The position numbers and the translations under genes are program-made. Of a stretch of DNA of 64,000 nucleotides, positions 55,635-64,000 are shown in pieces. Positions within the stretch are counted from its first letter, which is position 1. Each line of letters opens with the position of its first letter. Source of the DNA: Ferrithrix thermotolerans DSM 19514 (lineage in GTDB: Bacteria; Actinomycetota; Acidimicrobiia; Acidimicrobiales; CAIXPF01); assembly GCA_945906305.1 (NCBI GenBank), contig CAMDQT010000009.1, positions 1,828-65,827 of the forward strand, given 5' to 3'. Under the pieces are notes generated by a model. It was given only the letters and a program-made list of their open reading frames with translations, did not search any database and was not told the DNA's origin.

Positions 55635-55754
55635 ACGCGCCATTCCTCCACGACCCAACACCGCTCCGCCCAACCGCGGCGCAGTGGCGCGTACGGCCGG
55701 GCGGTGATCGCAGCCCGGACCTAGGATGGCCGCAGCACTGCACTGGAGGCCGCC

Positions 55755-56570
55755 ATGATCACCGCCTTACCCCGCATCGCCATCGCGGTGGCAGACTTCG
55801 CCGCCGCGGTGCACACCTTTCGCGACGTGTTCGGCCTTCCGGTGGCAGACTTTTCCGACCGTACCGTGGCGGACCTCGGTGCCCATGTCGGCATGTGCCA
55901 GCCCGAAGGTGGCAGCAACATCGAACTGATGGCACCGGCCAACCCCGACCAAGCGCTGAGCCAGGCTCTGCAGAAGTTCCTCGACCGTCGCGGTGACGGC
56001 TTCTACGCCATGATGCTGGAGGCACCGGACCCCAATGCCGAGGCGGCCGTGCTCGCCGAGCGCGACCTCGCCGTCATGGCGTTGATGCGCGGCGCAGGCG
56101 GGCGCGACATCCACCCACGCTCCAATCACGGCGTGCTCATCCGGGTGTATCCAGATAACTCGGTGCGCAAGCTGGAGGGACTCGCCCACCTCGACCCGGC
56201 CATCTCCGGGGTGCAGACGGTGGTCATTGCCACCGCCGATGCCGCCAAAGCCGCGGACACCTACGGCCGTGGCTATGGCCTCCAGACCGGGCCCGCCTGC
56301 GTGGAGGAAGACCGCGGGGTGCTCGGGGTCATCTGCACCCCGCCCAAAGGAGCGGCGATCAAGCTGGTCTCCCCCGTCGATGTCCGCCGCCCCTTCGCCC
56401 GGGCCATCGCGAACACCCTGGAGGAGCGCGGCGAAGGCCTCTACGGCTTGGTGCTGCATGCCGCCGACGGGCCTGCCGCGCTCGACCGGCTACGCCGCCG
56501 GGGTCTGAGCCTCGGCGGGCCGGAGGGCAACGAGGCTGAGGTTTTCGGCGCCCGCATCATCATCGAGTGA
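55755..56570 (+). CDS. Two-domain VOC (glyoxalase/dioxygenase/epimerase fold) protein
   Basis: 271 aa with two beta-alpha-beta-beta-beta-like halves (RIAIAVADFAAAV...; QTVVIATADAAKAA...). This is a fold-level call only. Confidence 0.65.
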   Translation: MITALPRIAIAVADFAAAVHTFRDVFGLPVADFSDRTVADLGAHVGMCQPEGGSNIELMAPANPDQALSQALQKFLDRRGDGFYAMMLEAPDPNAEAAVLAERDLAVMALMRGAGGRDIHPRSNHGVLIRVYPDNSVRKLEGLAHLDPAISGVQTVVIATADAAKAADTYGRGYGLQTGPACVEEDRGVLGVICTPPKGAAIKLVSPVDVRRPFARAIANTLEERGEGLYGLVLHAADGPAALDRLRRRGLSLGGPEGNEAEVFGARIIIE

Positions 56571-56622
56571 GCACGCCGCACACCGTCGAGCCCAGCCCGA
56601 CACCCCTGGTCGGCTCAGCGCA

Positions 56623-57627
56623 TCAGCGCAAGCGGGGAATGACTTCGGTGGCGAAACGCTCGAGGTTGGCGGCCATAAAGTCTTCATCGACCCCCGGTGG
56701 CAGTCCGGACATGGTGATGTCGGTGAAGCCGTAGGTGTCGATGAAGCCCTGCAGTTCGGCGACGCACTGGTTGGCGTTGCCGACAAAGACATGCTGCGGG
56801 ATCGAGTCTCCCTCCCCCCAACCGCGGCCATAGTCGTCGGGGGTTGCCTTCATCATCTCGCGATACACCGATACCCGGTATTTCTCCGCCGGCTTCCAAA
56901 TGGCCCAGTCACGCTCCGGATCGTCGGTCACCAGGAACGATCGGATGATGCCGACACGGTGCTCCGCCGGGTCGCGTCCGGCCGCGCGTACCGCCTCGAG
57001 CCACGGGTCGAGGACCTCGGACCGGCTGGTCTGAGGCAACAGGTTGGTGGCCAGGCGCGCCGCTCGCAGCGCGCCCGCCCGGCGTACCGCGGCGATCCAC
57101 AGCGGGGGGCCACCAGACTGCACCGGCTTGGGGAACACGTTGAGGTCATCGAGCCGGTAGCGACGGCCCTGGTAACTGAAGGGCCCCTCCGCCCAAGCCA
57201 GGCGCAAGATGTCGATGGCCTCCTCGGTCATGGACACCCGGTTGGCGAAGGGCACACCGAACGCCGCGAACTCCGCGGGGACGTAGCCCATCCCCACACC
57301 GAGTTCCATGCGACCGCCCGAAAGGTTGTCGAGCACGGCCATTTCCTCGGCCAGCCGTACCGGGTGGTATAGCGGCAAGATGGCGATATCGGTGGAGATG
57401 CGAACGCGGTTGGTGCGAGCGGCAATGGCCCCCGCGAGCGGCTGGAAGGCCGGAAGGTAGCCGTCGGCGAGGAAGTGATGTTCGGTGAACCACACACTGT
57501 CGAATCCGAGTTGTTCGGCGAAGACAGCCTGCTCGAGCGTCGCGGCGTACACCGACGCCATCGACTGTTGCGAACCAGGCAGACGACGACAGTCGTACAT
57601 CACGCCGAAGCGCAGGGGCGGGGCCAT
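56623..57627 (-). CDS. LLM-class flavin/F420-dependent oxidoreductase
   Basis: 334 aa. FDSVWFTEHHF, LDNLSGGRMELGVGMGY. Confidence 0.85.
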   Translation of the reverse strand: MAPPLRFGVMYDCRRLPGSQQSMASVYAATLEQAVFAEQLGFDSVWFTEHHFLADGYLPAFQPLAGAIAARTNRVRISTDIAILPLYHPVRLAEEMAVLDNLSGGRMELGVGMGYVPAEFAAFGVPFANRVSMTEEAIDILRLAWAEGPFSYQGRRYRLDDLNVFPKPVQSGGPPLWIAAVRRAGALRAARLATNLLPQTSRSEVLDPWLEAVRAAGRDPAEHRVGIIRSFLVTDDPERDWAIWKPAEKYRVSVYREMMKATPDDYGRGWGEGDSIPQHVFVGNANQCVAELQGFIDTYGFTDITMSGLPPGVDEDFMAANLERFATEVIPRLR

Positions 57628-57687
57628 AGCGCCGCACGGTAGCGGAGGCCGCGGTGACTGCGGTGGCGGACCCGCCGCAGTCTTGGT

Positions 57688-58218
57688 TCAGCCGCCCTGA
57701 TTGACGAGTACCGGCGGAAAGCCCATCATGCCGCGCAGCAAGTTGACCTCGCCGCGGTGTCCGTTGAGATGCACGGTGAGATGCAGGTTGATCGACTGGC
57801 CGAGGGACTCGACGGTCTCCCCGAGCTTGGTCTCCCGATCGAGTTCGGCATCGGTGAGGGTGTCGAAATAGGCCAGGGCAAGGTCATGGACCGTGCTCTG
57901 GTAGGCCTTGAACACCACTCGGTCCACGATGTGCACCGCCTGGGCGTCTTCGGTGGACTGGCCGGTACCGAAACCCTTGTCAGGCAGACCGCACCGCTCC
58001 GCCCAACCGCCGCTGCGCCATTCCTCCTGGCCGCCGCCGTAGACGCGCTGGAAGAAAAAGTCCTCGATGCGCGCCGCGTGCCACATACACCAGGCGATGG
58101 AGTGGGTCTGGCCTTCAGGCACGAAATGCAACTGCTCGTCGGTGAGGCCGGCATCGGCCTCGGCGAAGCCACGGTTGATGAACCGCAGCGCCTGCTTCAT
58201 GTAGTCCACGGTGCTCAT
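57688..58218 (-). CDS. DinB-family (four-helix bundle) protein
   Basis: 176 aa from ATG 58218. HSIAWCMWHAARIED and HLNGHRGE His-rich DinB-like motifs. Confidence 0.75.
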   Translation of the reverse strand: MSTVDYMKQALRFINRGFAEADAGLTDEQLHFVPEGQTHSIAWCMWHAARIEDFFFQRVYGGGQEEWRSGGWAERCGLPDKGFGTGQSTEDAQAVHIVDRVVFKAYQSTVHDLALAYFDTLTDAELDRETKLGETVESLGQSINLHLTVHLNGHRGEVNLLRGMMGFPPVLVNQGG

Positions 58219-58289
58219 GGATCGGACCTTACCGGCCATTGCTGACCCACGCTCGGCCCTTGGGCGCCAGGTTTGCGCTGCCGGAGCGT

Positions 58290-59411
58290 TCAGGCGGTTC
58301 GGCACACCGCCGCGAGCGACGCGATGGCGGCGCCGCGCTTTGGTTGGCGCACCTCGTGACGGTCAAAGCCGTTGGTGGTGTAGCCCAGGGAGAGACCGGT
58401 GGCGGGATCGGCCCACGCCAACTGACCGCCCGCGCCGTTGTGACCGAACGCCTGGGCCGACACGGTCCGCCCCAGACCACGGGCGCTGGAGAACCCGTCG
58501 TCACCGGCGAGGATGAGGCCGATGGATCGGTTGGCTGGCACCTTCATCGGATCGGGCAGGCGGGAGCGGACCTCACCGGTGGCCATCGCCAACACCGCGG
58601 GGTCCCAGATACCGTTGGGGTTGGTCAGCAGCTCTTGGTAGAACATCGCCAGATCAACGGCACGGCCGAAGCCTCCGGCACCAGGCACACCGACCTCCCG
58701 GTGGGCCGGGTCGTTGAACCACAGCACCAACTCTTCGACCATCTCCCGGCCGATCAGCTTCGGCACCCCGAAGGTGGCCTGGATCTCCTCGCTGCTGGCC
58801 AACTCGCCCACGAGGGACATCTCCTGGCAATGGCCTTGTGCGTCGAGGGGGATACCGACCATGCGCGGCAACCCGGCGGGGCCGGTGACCCGGGCCTCGA
58901 TGTAGTGGCGGAAGTCGCTGCCGGTGAGGGCGGAAATCAGTTCGGCCAGCACCCAATGCGCCGCCGTCGCGTGGTAGACGAATCGTGCTCCGGCGGGCCA
59001 GTTCAATGTCCAGGCTTCCAGACGGTCCATGCGCTGCGCCGGATCGGCCCACTCCGTCGTGGGCAACGGTGCGTTGGGGAACCCGCAGGTATGCAGCAGC
59101 ACGTGCGCCACGGTGACCGCCTCCTTACCGTTGGCGCCGAAGCGCGGCAGGTAGTCCGCCACCGGTCGTGCAACGTCCAACAGCCCGTCGCCGATGAGGG
59201 TCCAAACGGCGGATGCCACAATGGCCTTGGTGGCCGAATACAGGCAGTACTGGCTGTCGGGGGTGGCGTCGCCGAACACCTCGCTCACCACGATCTCGTT
59301 CTGGTAGGCGAGCGCGAGCTGGCAGGACGGCAGCAGCCCCTCGTCGACCTCGCGTCGCACCCGGTTTACGAGCGTCTCAACCGCCACTGCATCGAGTTGT
59401 TTCAGTCCCAT
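58290..59411 (-). CDS. Serine hydrolase, beta-lactamase/esterase family (class C-like)
   Basis: 373 aa. SATK (SxxK) nucleophile motif near residue 60 and later HNGAGG. Confidence 0.85.
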   Translation of the reverse strand: MGLKQLDAVAVETLVNRVRREVDEGLLPSCQLALAYQNEIVVSEVFGDATPDSQYCLYSATKAIVASAVWTLIGDGLLDVARPVADYLPRFGANGKEAVTVAHVLLHTCGFPNAPLPTTEWADPAQRMDRLEAWTLNWPAGARFVYHATAAHWVLAELISALTGSDFRHYIEARVTGPAGLPRMVGIPLDAQGHCQEMSLVGELASSEEIQATFGVPKLIGREMVEELVLWFNDPAHREVGVPGAGGFGRAVDLAMFYQELLTNPNGIWDPAVLAMATGEVRSRLPDPMKVPANRSIGLILAGDDGFSSARGLGRTVSAQAFGHNGAGGQLAWADPATGLSLGYTTNGFDRHEVRQPKRGAAIASLAAVCRTA

Positions 59412-59524
59412 GCGCCAGCCCCATTCCCGCTTGGATCGAAGGACGCTATCGCGCCGATCCGCCGCCGGCTCACGAACGTCGGGCCGTACCTGCCCCGGCC
59501 CGGCTGGGCTGGTACCGTCGGGCA

Positions 59525-60106
59525 GTGCGCCTCGGTATCGTCTCGGACATCCACGGCAATGCGGCGGGCCTCGCCGCGGCCATTGCCGCTATGGGCGACG
59601 TCGACGAGTTGTGGTGTGCCGGCGACATCGTCAGCGAGTCGTGGTTTTGCCGCCACACCGTGGCGCTACTGCGCGACCGCGGCGCCCGCTGCGTCAAGGG
59701 TAACCATGACACCATGCTGCTCTCCGCCCAAGGTGCCGCGGCCCGCCGGGGCCCGCATGTGCCGGCAGATCTGGTCGCCTACCTTGCTGACCTGCCCCAC
59801 GCGCTCGAGACGGTGGCGAACGGCAAACGGGTGCTCATGACCCATGCCACGCCGCTGGCGCCCCACGAGGAGTACGTGTGGCCGCACTCGGCAGAATTGC
59901 AGCGGCTCGGCGGGGTCGAGGCCGACTTTCTCATCCTCGGCCACACTCATCAGGCCATGGACGTGCAGGTCGGTTCGTTGCGCGTCGTCAATCCTGGTTC
60001 GGCTGGCCAACCAGTGCTGCACGAAGGAATCGCGGTGCTCTCGTGCGCCACGCTTGACACGGTAACGGGCGAATTCCGCGTCGAGCGGCTGCCCGCGGTC
60101 CGCTGA
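59525..60106 (+). CDS. Metallophosphoesterase (YfcE/MJ0936-like)
   Basis: 193 aa from GTG 59525. GIVSDIHGN, GDIV, KGNHD, GHTH motifs. The upstream part of the track ORF is antisense to the serine hydrolase gene. Confidence 0.75.
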   Translation: MRLGIVSDIHGNAAGLAAAIAAMGDVDELWCAGDIVSESWFCRHTVALLRDRGARCVKGNHDTMLLSAQGAAARRGPHVPADLVAYLADLPHALETVANGKRVLMTHATPLAPHEEYVWPHSAELQRLGGVEADFLILGHTHQAMDVQVGSLRVVNPGSAGQPVLHEGIAVLSCATLDTVTGEFRVERLPAVR

Positions 60107-60123
60107 GCGCAACCCACGGCGGG

Positions 60124-62451
60124 TTATTCCAAAGCTTCGGCGATGGCCAGCTCGGCAATGCGGTCCCCGTCGTAGCCCAAGATACCTTCCAGTACCTCAA
60201 AGCTGTGCTGGCCGTAGGTCGGTCCGGCCCAGTCGTAACTTCCCCGGCTGCGGGTCAGGTGGTATGGCGGCTGGTCCACCACCACCTGGCGGGCCACGGG
60301 ATGAGGCGTCCAGCGCAGCAACCCACGATGGTTCAGCTGCGGGTCTACCCAGATGTCCGGGGCCTCAGACACCAGGTGGGCGGGGATGGCGTGGGCCTGA
60401 AGCCTTGAGCTCAGTCCGGCGGCGTCCTGACGGGCTGTCCAGGCCCCGACCAGGTCGTCGATTTCAGCGCGACGCTCCAGGCGCTGGGGTCGCGTCAGAT
60501 TCGACAAGTCGGTACGGCGCATCTCGTAACACAGCGATTGCCACTGCTCGTCGGTCTCGCACACCACCGCGATCCAACGATCGTTACCAGCGGCGGGATA
60601 GACCCCATGCGGGGCGAAATCAGGGTCGACGTTGCCGGCCCGAGTGAGCTTGGCCCCGCCACGTTGGCGTTCGAGCAACGCCGGGGTAAGGAAGTGAGTG
60701 GCCGCCTCCATCTGGGAGAGGTCGAGGTATTGCCCCTTGCCCGTGCGCCGGCGATGGTCCAGGGCGGCCAAGATGGCCATGAGGCTGAACCGTGGTGACG
60801 TGAAATCGGTGTAGGCCATGTAGGGCCCGGCTGGAGGACGGTCCGGCCAGCCGGTCAGATCGAAGAATCCCGCCACCGCGGCGGCGAGATTGCCGAACCC
60901 GGCGAAACCGGCCATGGGGCCGGTTTGGCCCATCACACAGCTCGACAACATCACGATCGACGGGTTGAGCGCGGCCAGATCCTCATAGCCCAAACCCAGC
61001 GATGCCATGGTCCCAGGCGTAAAGGACTCGGTCACGACATCGGCCCAACGGGCGAGATCGCGCACTACCTCACGAGCCTCGGGCTTCGAGAGGTTCAGGG
61101 CCAGGCCCATCTTGCCCGCGTTGGCGGCGTGCCACGTGATGGCATTGTCCTGCTCGGGGATGTCATCGCGGTGGCCGAGCGCGGCCCGCAAAATGTCCGG
61201 TCGGCGTTCGGACTCGATGCGCACCACCGTGGCTCCCCAGTGGGCCAGCACGCGGGTGGCGAGCGGCATAGCGGCCACCCATGCCAGGTCCAACACCTTG
61301 ACCCCCGCCAGCGGCTTGTCGGTGGCGCGGGGCGCTACCGGGGCGACGGGGCGGGCCGGACGGGCGATGAGGCTTGCCCCACCCGGTTGGGCCGGCGCGG
61401 CCGGCAACGACGCCAACGGGGTGAGGGAGGCCTTGACCAGGGCTCCGGGGTGGCGCACACCGTCGACCTGCTCCCAATAACCGCGAGCGGCGAGCTGTGG
61501 GTTGGCCAGTACGTCGTCGAGATCGGCCACTGGAACAACCAGCAGGGACCGCTGCGTTGCCGCGGCCGCCAGCTCGGCCTTGGTTTTGGTGACGGTGAAT
61601 TCGCCTATCTCATCCATGAGCGAGCTCAGGTTGGCAAAGGAGTATTCGCCTTGGTGCAGCTTCATGGCGTACTCGACGTAGTCGCGTCGAGCGGTGTCCT
61701 CGCGGCACATGCCCGACTCGTGCATCCACTCCACGAATCGACGGGTGAACGGCCCGCCCATCGGCCCGAACAGCACGCTGACCACCACATGGCCGTCGAT
61801 GGCGGGGTATACCCAACGCAGCGGCAACATGCCGTTGAGTACCCCACCCCCGGCTCGCTTGGCGGTGGGCAGCCCAGCGGGTGGGTTGAAGGTGGCCGAG
61901 ATCGACGTCCCGAACGCCGAGGCCTGCACCGGACAGTCGACCCCCTGGCCGAGCCCGCTATTCGCCCGTTCGAGCAATGCAACGAGGACCCCGACCACAC
62001 CTTCGCAACAGGCGTGCATCCACGCCTGGGGTAGCGCCGTACGCACTGGCGGACGGTCAGGGTCGCCAGTGACGGACATCTGGCCGCTCGAAGCCACGAG
62101 GGTCAGGTCGGTGCCTAACCACGTGGACTTCGGCCCCGTCAGACCGAAAGGCGTCAGGGCCAGGGTGACCAGAGCAGGGTTGGCAGCCCGAAGGTCTTCG
62201 AGGAACGCCACCTCGGCCGGTGAACCGACGGCGATGACCACGTCGACCTCGGCCGCTAGCGCCGCCCGCGCCGCGTCGTCGGCCACCACGACGGACTGCT
62301 TGCCCCGGTTGTACGCCTCGAACCAGTTGTCGCGGGCATAGCCACCGGGTGGTTCGGCCAGCACGACTTCGGCCCCGAGCTGGGCCAGCAGAAAGCCAGC
62401 CATCCAGCCATCACGACCACCGGCGTCAAGGACGCGGTAAGGCTGCAACAT
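60124..62451 (-). CDS. Tandem-domain (fused) family III CoA-transferase
   Basis: 775 aa from ATG 62451 (GGGAGGAA SD). A divergent N-terminal CaiB-like half (YRVLDAGGRDGWMAGFLLAQLGAEVVLAEPPGG) plus a canonical C-terminal half (GVKVLDLAWVAAMPLATRVLAHWGATVVRIE). Confidence 0.85.
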   Translation of the reverse strand: MLQPYRVLDAGGRDGWMAGFLLAQLGAEVVLAEPPGGYARDNWFEAYNRGKQSVVVADDAARAALAAEVDVVIAVGSPAEVAFLEDLRAANPALVTLALTPFGLTGPKSTWLGTDLTLVASSGQMSVTGDPDRPPVRTALPQAWMHACCEGVVGVLVALLERANSGLGQGVDCPVQASAFGTSISATFNPPAGLPTAKRAGGGVLNGMLPLRWVYPAIDGHVVVSVLFGPMGGPFTRRFVEWMHESGMCREDTARRDYVEYAMKLHQGEYSFANLSSLMDEIGEFTVTKTKAELAAAATQRSLLVVPVADLDDVLANPQLAARGYWEQVDGVRHPGALVKASLTPLASLPAAPAQPGGASLIARPARPVAPVAPRATDKPLAGVKVLDLAWVAAMPLATRVLAHWGATVVRIESERRPDILRAALGHRDDIPEQDNAITWHAANAGKMGLALNLSKPEAREVVRDLARWADVVTESFTPGTMASLGLGYEDLAALNPSIVMLSSCVMGQTGPMAGFAGFGNLAAAVAGFFDLTGWPDRPPAGPYMAYTDFTSPRFSLMAILAALDHRRRTGKGQYLDLSQMEAATHFLTPALLERQRGGAKLTRAGNVDPDFAPHGVYPAAGNDRWIAVVCETDEQWQSLCYEMRRTDLSNLTRPQRLERRAEIDDLVGAWTARQDAAGLSSRLQAHAIPAHLVSEAPDIWVDPQLNHRGLLRWTPHPVARQVVVDQPPYHLTRSRGSYDWAGPTYGQHSFEVLEGILGYDGDRIAELAIAEALE

Positions 62452-62541
62452 CGAATGTTCCTCCCGGTGTGAGCGGCATCGGTCACATGTTCGCACAACG
62501 AGCAACTCGCACTGCGAGTCCCCCCTATGCGGCGGCCAGGC

Positions 62542-63603
62542 TCAGCGGACGAGGGCGCGCAGCGACGCTGCTGTTTCCGACCCGGGCGGCAGTCGACGTT
62601 CGGCGGCGTCCACACAGCGGTCGCGCACCACCCGGTTGAGTGGCGCGTCGCGACCCATCCGTTCGGCCAAACGAACGATCTCGCCGTTGAACCAGTCGAC
62701 TTCCACTTGGCCCCGGGCAAAGTGCAGGTCCTGCCAGGTCGAGGGCCGCACGAGCTGATCGGGGTCCTCTGGGATCTCCACCTGTAGCCATTCCCCCGGA
62801 CCGCGCAACCGTTCGATCTGCTCCCGCGGAGTCCGGCGCTCGCCGAGATCAAGCTCGATCCCCGCGGCCTCGAGTACGTCGAGGGCCTCTTCCTGCACGT
62901 CGGCGAGGAAGAAGCGATGCTCCTCGTAACGGATAGATTGCTGCACCGCGAGGTCTGCAAGGGCCAGGTAGGCGTTGTTGAGGTTGCGGAACAACTTGCC
63001 CCATTTGGCCACCGCGACCTCCCGATGGGCACTGGCCCGCATCCGGGCCGCCACGAGGTCGGCCACCACCCGCTCGGTGAGTTCGTCCATACCCCGCGGC
63101 CATGGCCCGATCATCAAGGTGGACCCCGCCGTGTGCACCACGACACCGGGTTCGAGGATGCGCCCACCGACCATCACCACCGTGCCGTAGGTGTTGAGGC
63201 CCCGAGCGGAAGTGATCTCCTCGTTGCCCACGCCGTTCTGGAAACACATCATCGGCAGGTGGCGATACCGCTCGCCAGCGTCGTCGAGCGCAGCCGCGGT
63301 GTCATTGGTCTTCATGGCCAGGATGACCACGGTGTCAGGGCCGATGAGTGCCTCGTCGGGATGGCCCAGCACCACGAGGTCGGGCCGGGCGACGGTCATG
63401 CCCTTGAGCGTCAGCCCGTTGGCCTTCATGGCCTCAAGATGGGAACCTCTGGCGATGATGGTCACCGCCTTGCCGATGCCGGCGAGCCGACCGGCCACGA
63501 CGCAGCCGATGCCTCCTGCCCCGTGAACGACATAGTCCGCCGGCCGGTCACCCTGCTGGTCTGCTGCGCTTCGCATGGCCCGCAAGCTAGGCGAGCGGGC
63601 CAT
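62542..63603 (-). CDS. 2-dehydropantoate 2-reductase family (ApbA/PanE-like) oxidoreductase
   Basis: YVVHGAGGIGCVVAGRLA Rossmann motif and a KWGKL(F)RN-type C-terminal domain. Start is ATG 63603 or ATG 63576. Confidence 0.8.
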   Translation of the reverse strand: MARSPSLRAMRSAADQQGDRPADYVVHGAGGIGCVVAGRLAGIGKAVTIIARGSHLEAMKANGLTLKGMTVARPDLVVLGHPDEALIGPDTVVILAMKTNDTAAALDDAGERYRHLPMMCFQNGVGNEEITSARGLNTYGTVVMVGGRILEPGVVVHTAGSTLMIGPWPRGMDELTERVVADLVAARMRASAHREVAVAKWGKLFRNLNNAYLALADLAVQQSIRYEEHRFFLADVQEEALDVLEAAGIELDLGERRTPREQIERLRGPGEWLQVEIPEDPDQLVRPSTWQDLHFARGQVEVDWFNGEIVRLAERMGRDAPLNRVVRDRCVDAAERRLPPGSETAASLRALVR

Positions 63604-63620
63604 ATCGTGCCGCGCCGGCG

Positions 63621-64000
63621 TTAGTCGTGCCAGGTCATGAACGACGCCGCGGGCGCCCTGTCGGTGCGCAGCGCGTTCTCTGGGCGCGAGGTGTCCTCGT
63701 AGCCAAGCGCCATGCCGCAGACCACGGTCTGGCCATCGGCAATGCCGAGCAGGGGACGCAACACCTGGTGGTAGGTGGACCATGCGGCCTGGGCGCAGGT
63801 GTGCAAGCCGTATTGGCGGGCGGCGGTGCAGAAGTTCTCCAGAAACATCCCATAGTCAAGCCAACTGCCGATCTCGAGACGTTTGTCGATGGTGAAGATC
63901 AGCCCGACTGGGGCGTCGAAAAAGGTGTAGTTGCGAGCACCTTGCTCCCGCATACGGGCCCGGTCGCCTTTGGCGATTCCGATCAGGTCGTAGAGGCCGA
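63621..64000 (-). CDS. Nitroreductase-family protein (C-terminal part; gene continues beyond the window)
   Basis: The reading frame stays open upstream of the track ORF's Met (...GLYDLIGIAKGDRARMREQG...) to the window edge. FFDAPVGLIFT and GMALGY are typical nitroreductase segments. Confidence 0.8.
   Translation of the reverse strand, partial: GLYDLIGIAKGDRARMREQGARNYTFFDAPVGLIFTIDKRLEIGSWLDYGMFLENFCTAARQYGLHTCAQAAWSTYHQVLRPLLGIADGQTVVCGMALGYEDTSRPENALRTDRAPAASFMTWHD

Noticed and set aside
62468-62487. TGTGA...TCACA as a second CRP site
   Set aside because: The spacer is 10 nt, not the canonical 6, so I report it only as a generic inverted repeat.
62486-62496. 11-mer CATGTTCGCAC shared with 37843-37853, both just upstream of minus-strand CoA-transferase genes, as a possible common operator
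   Set aside because: My rough estimate is that a single 11-mer match among the intergenic regions of a 64-kb GC-biased window is expected by chance. The two copies lie at different distances from their start codons (about 35 versus 6 nt).
1-64000. Search for mobile elements, prophage, toxin-antitoxin, restriction-modification, CRISPR-Cas or other defence systems
   Set aside because: I recognised no transposase, integrase, recombinase, nuclease, helicase, methyltransferase or ATPase ORFs. I also saw no terminal inverted repeats or tRNA-adjacent junctions. The only scar of rearrangement is the chimeric pseudogene at 13900-14661.

Overview
High-GC, Actinomycetota-type chromosomal DNA, almost entirely coding. 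I call about 58 protein genes. I could not recognise any rRNA, tRNA, CRISPR array, transposase, integrase, phage gene or defence system. Most of the long alternative-frame ORFs in the track are high-GC artefacts. The content is mainly accessory catabolism built around CoA thioesters. There are 8 family III (CaiB/BaiF) CoA-transferase genes carrying 10 domains, and two of these genes are tandem-domain fusions. There is one class I two-subunit CoA-transferase-like pair, 7 luciferase-like (LLM/F420-type) oxidoreductases, and 4 hotdog-fold thioesterase/dehydratase genes carrying 7 domains. Other enzymes are 2 cytochrome P450s, a ChoD-like GMC oxidoreductase, 3 alpha/beta hydrolases, 2 Amidohydrolase_2 proteins, a ThDP enzyme and an HMGL-like lyase. 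Transport genes are 4 MFS transporters, AzlCD and one orphan lipoprotein solute-binding protein. Housekeeping-like genes are gluQ and selO. The main oddities are as follows. (1) The CoA-transferase / hotdog / LLM / P450 module recurs, yet no acyl-CoA synthetase, acyl-CoA dehydrogenase, thiolase or transcription factor is recognisable anywhere in 64 kb. (2) Both fused CoA-transferases lack the catalytic Asp in their N-terminal domain and keep it in their C-terminal domain. (3) A chimeric gene remnant joins an indolepyruvate-ferredoxin-oxidoreductase N-terminus, interrupted by an in-frame TGA, to a crotonase C-terminus. (4) A perfect CRP-type palindrome lies upstream of a monocistronic solute-binding-protein gene that has a strong terminator. 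All functional calls come from motif recognition by eye. No searches were run.
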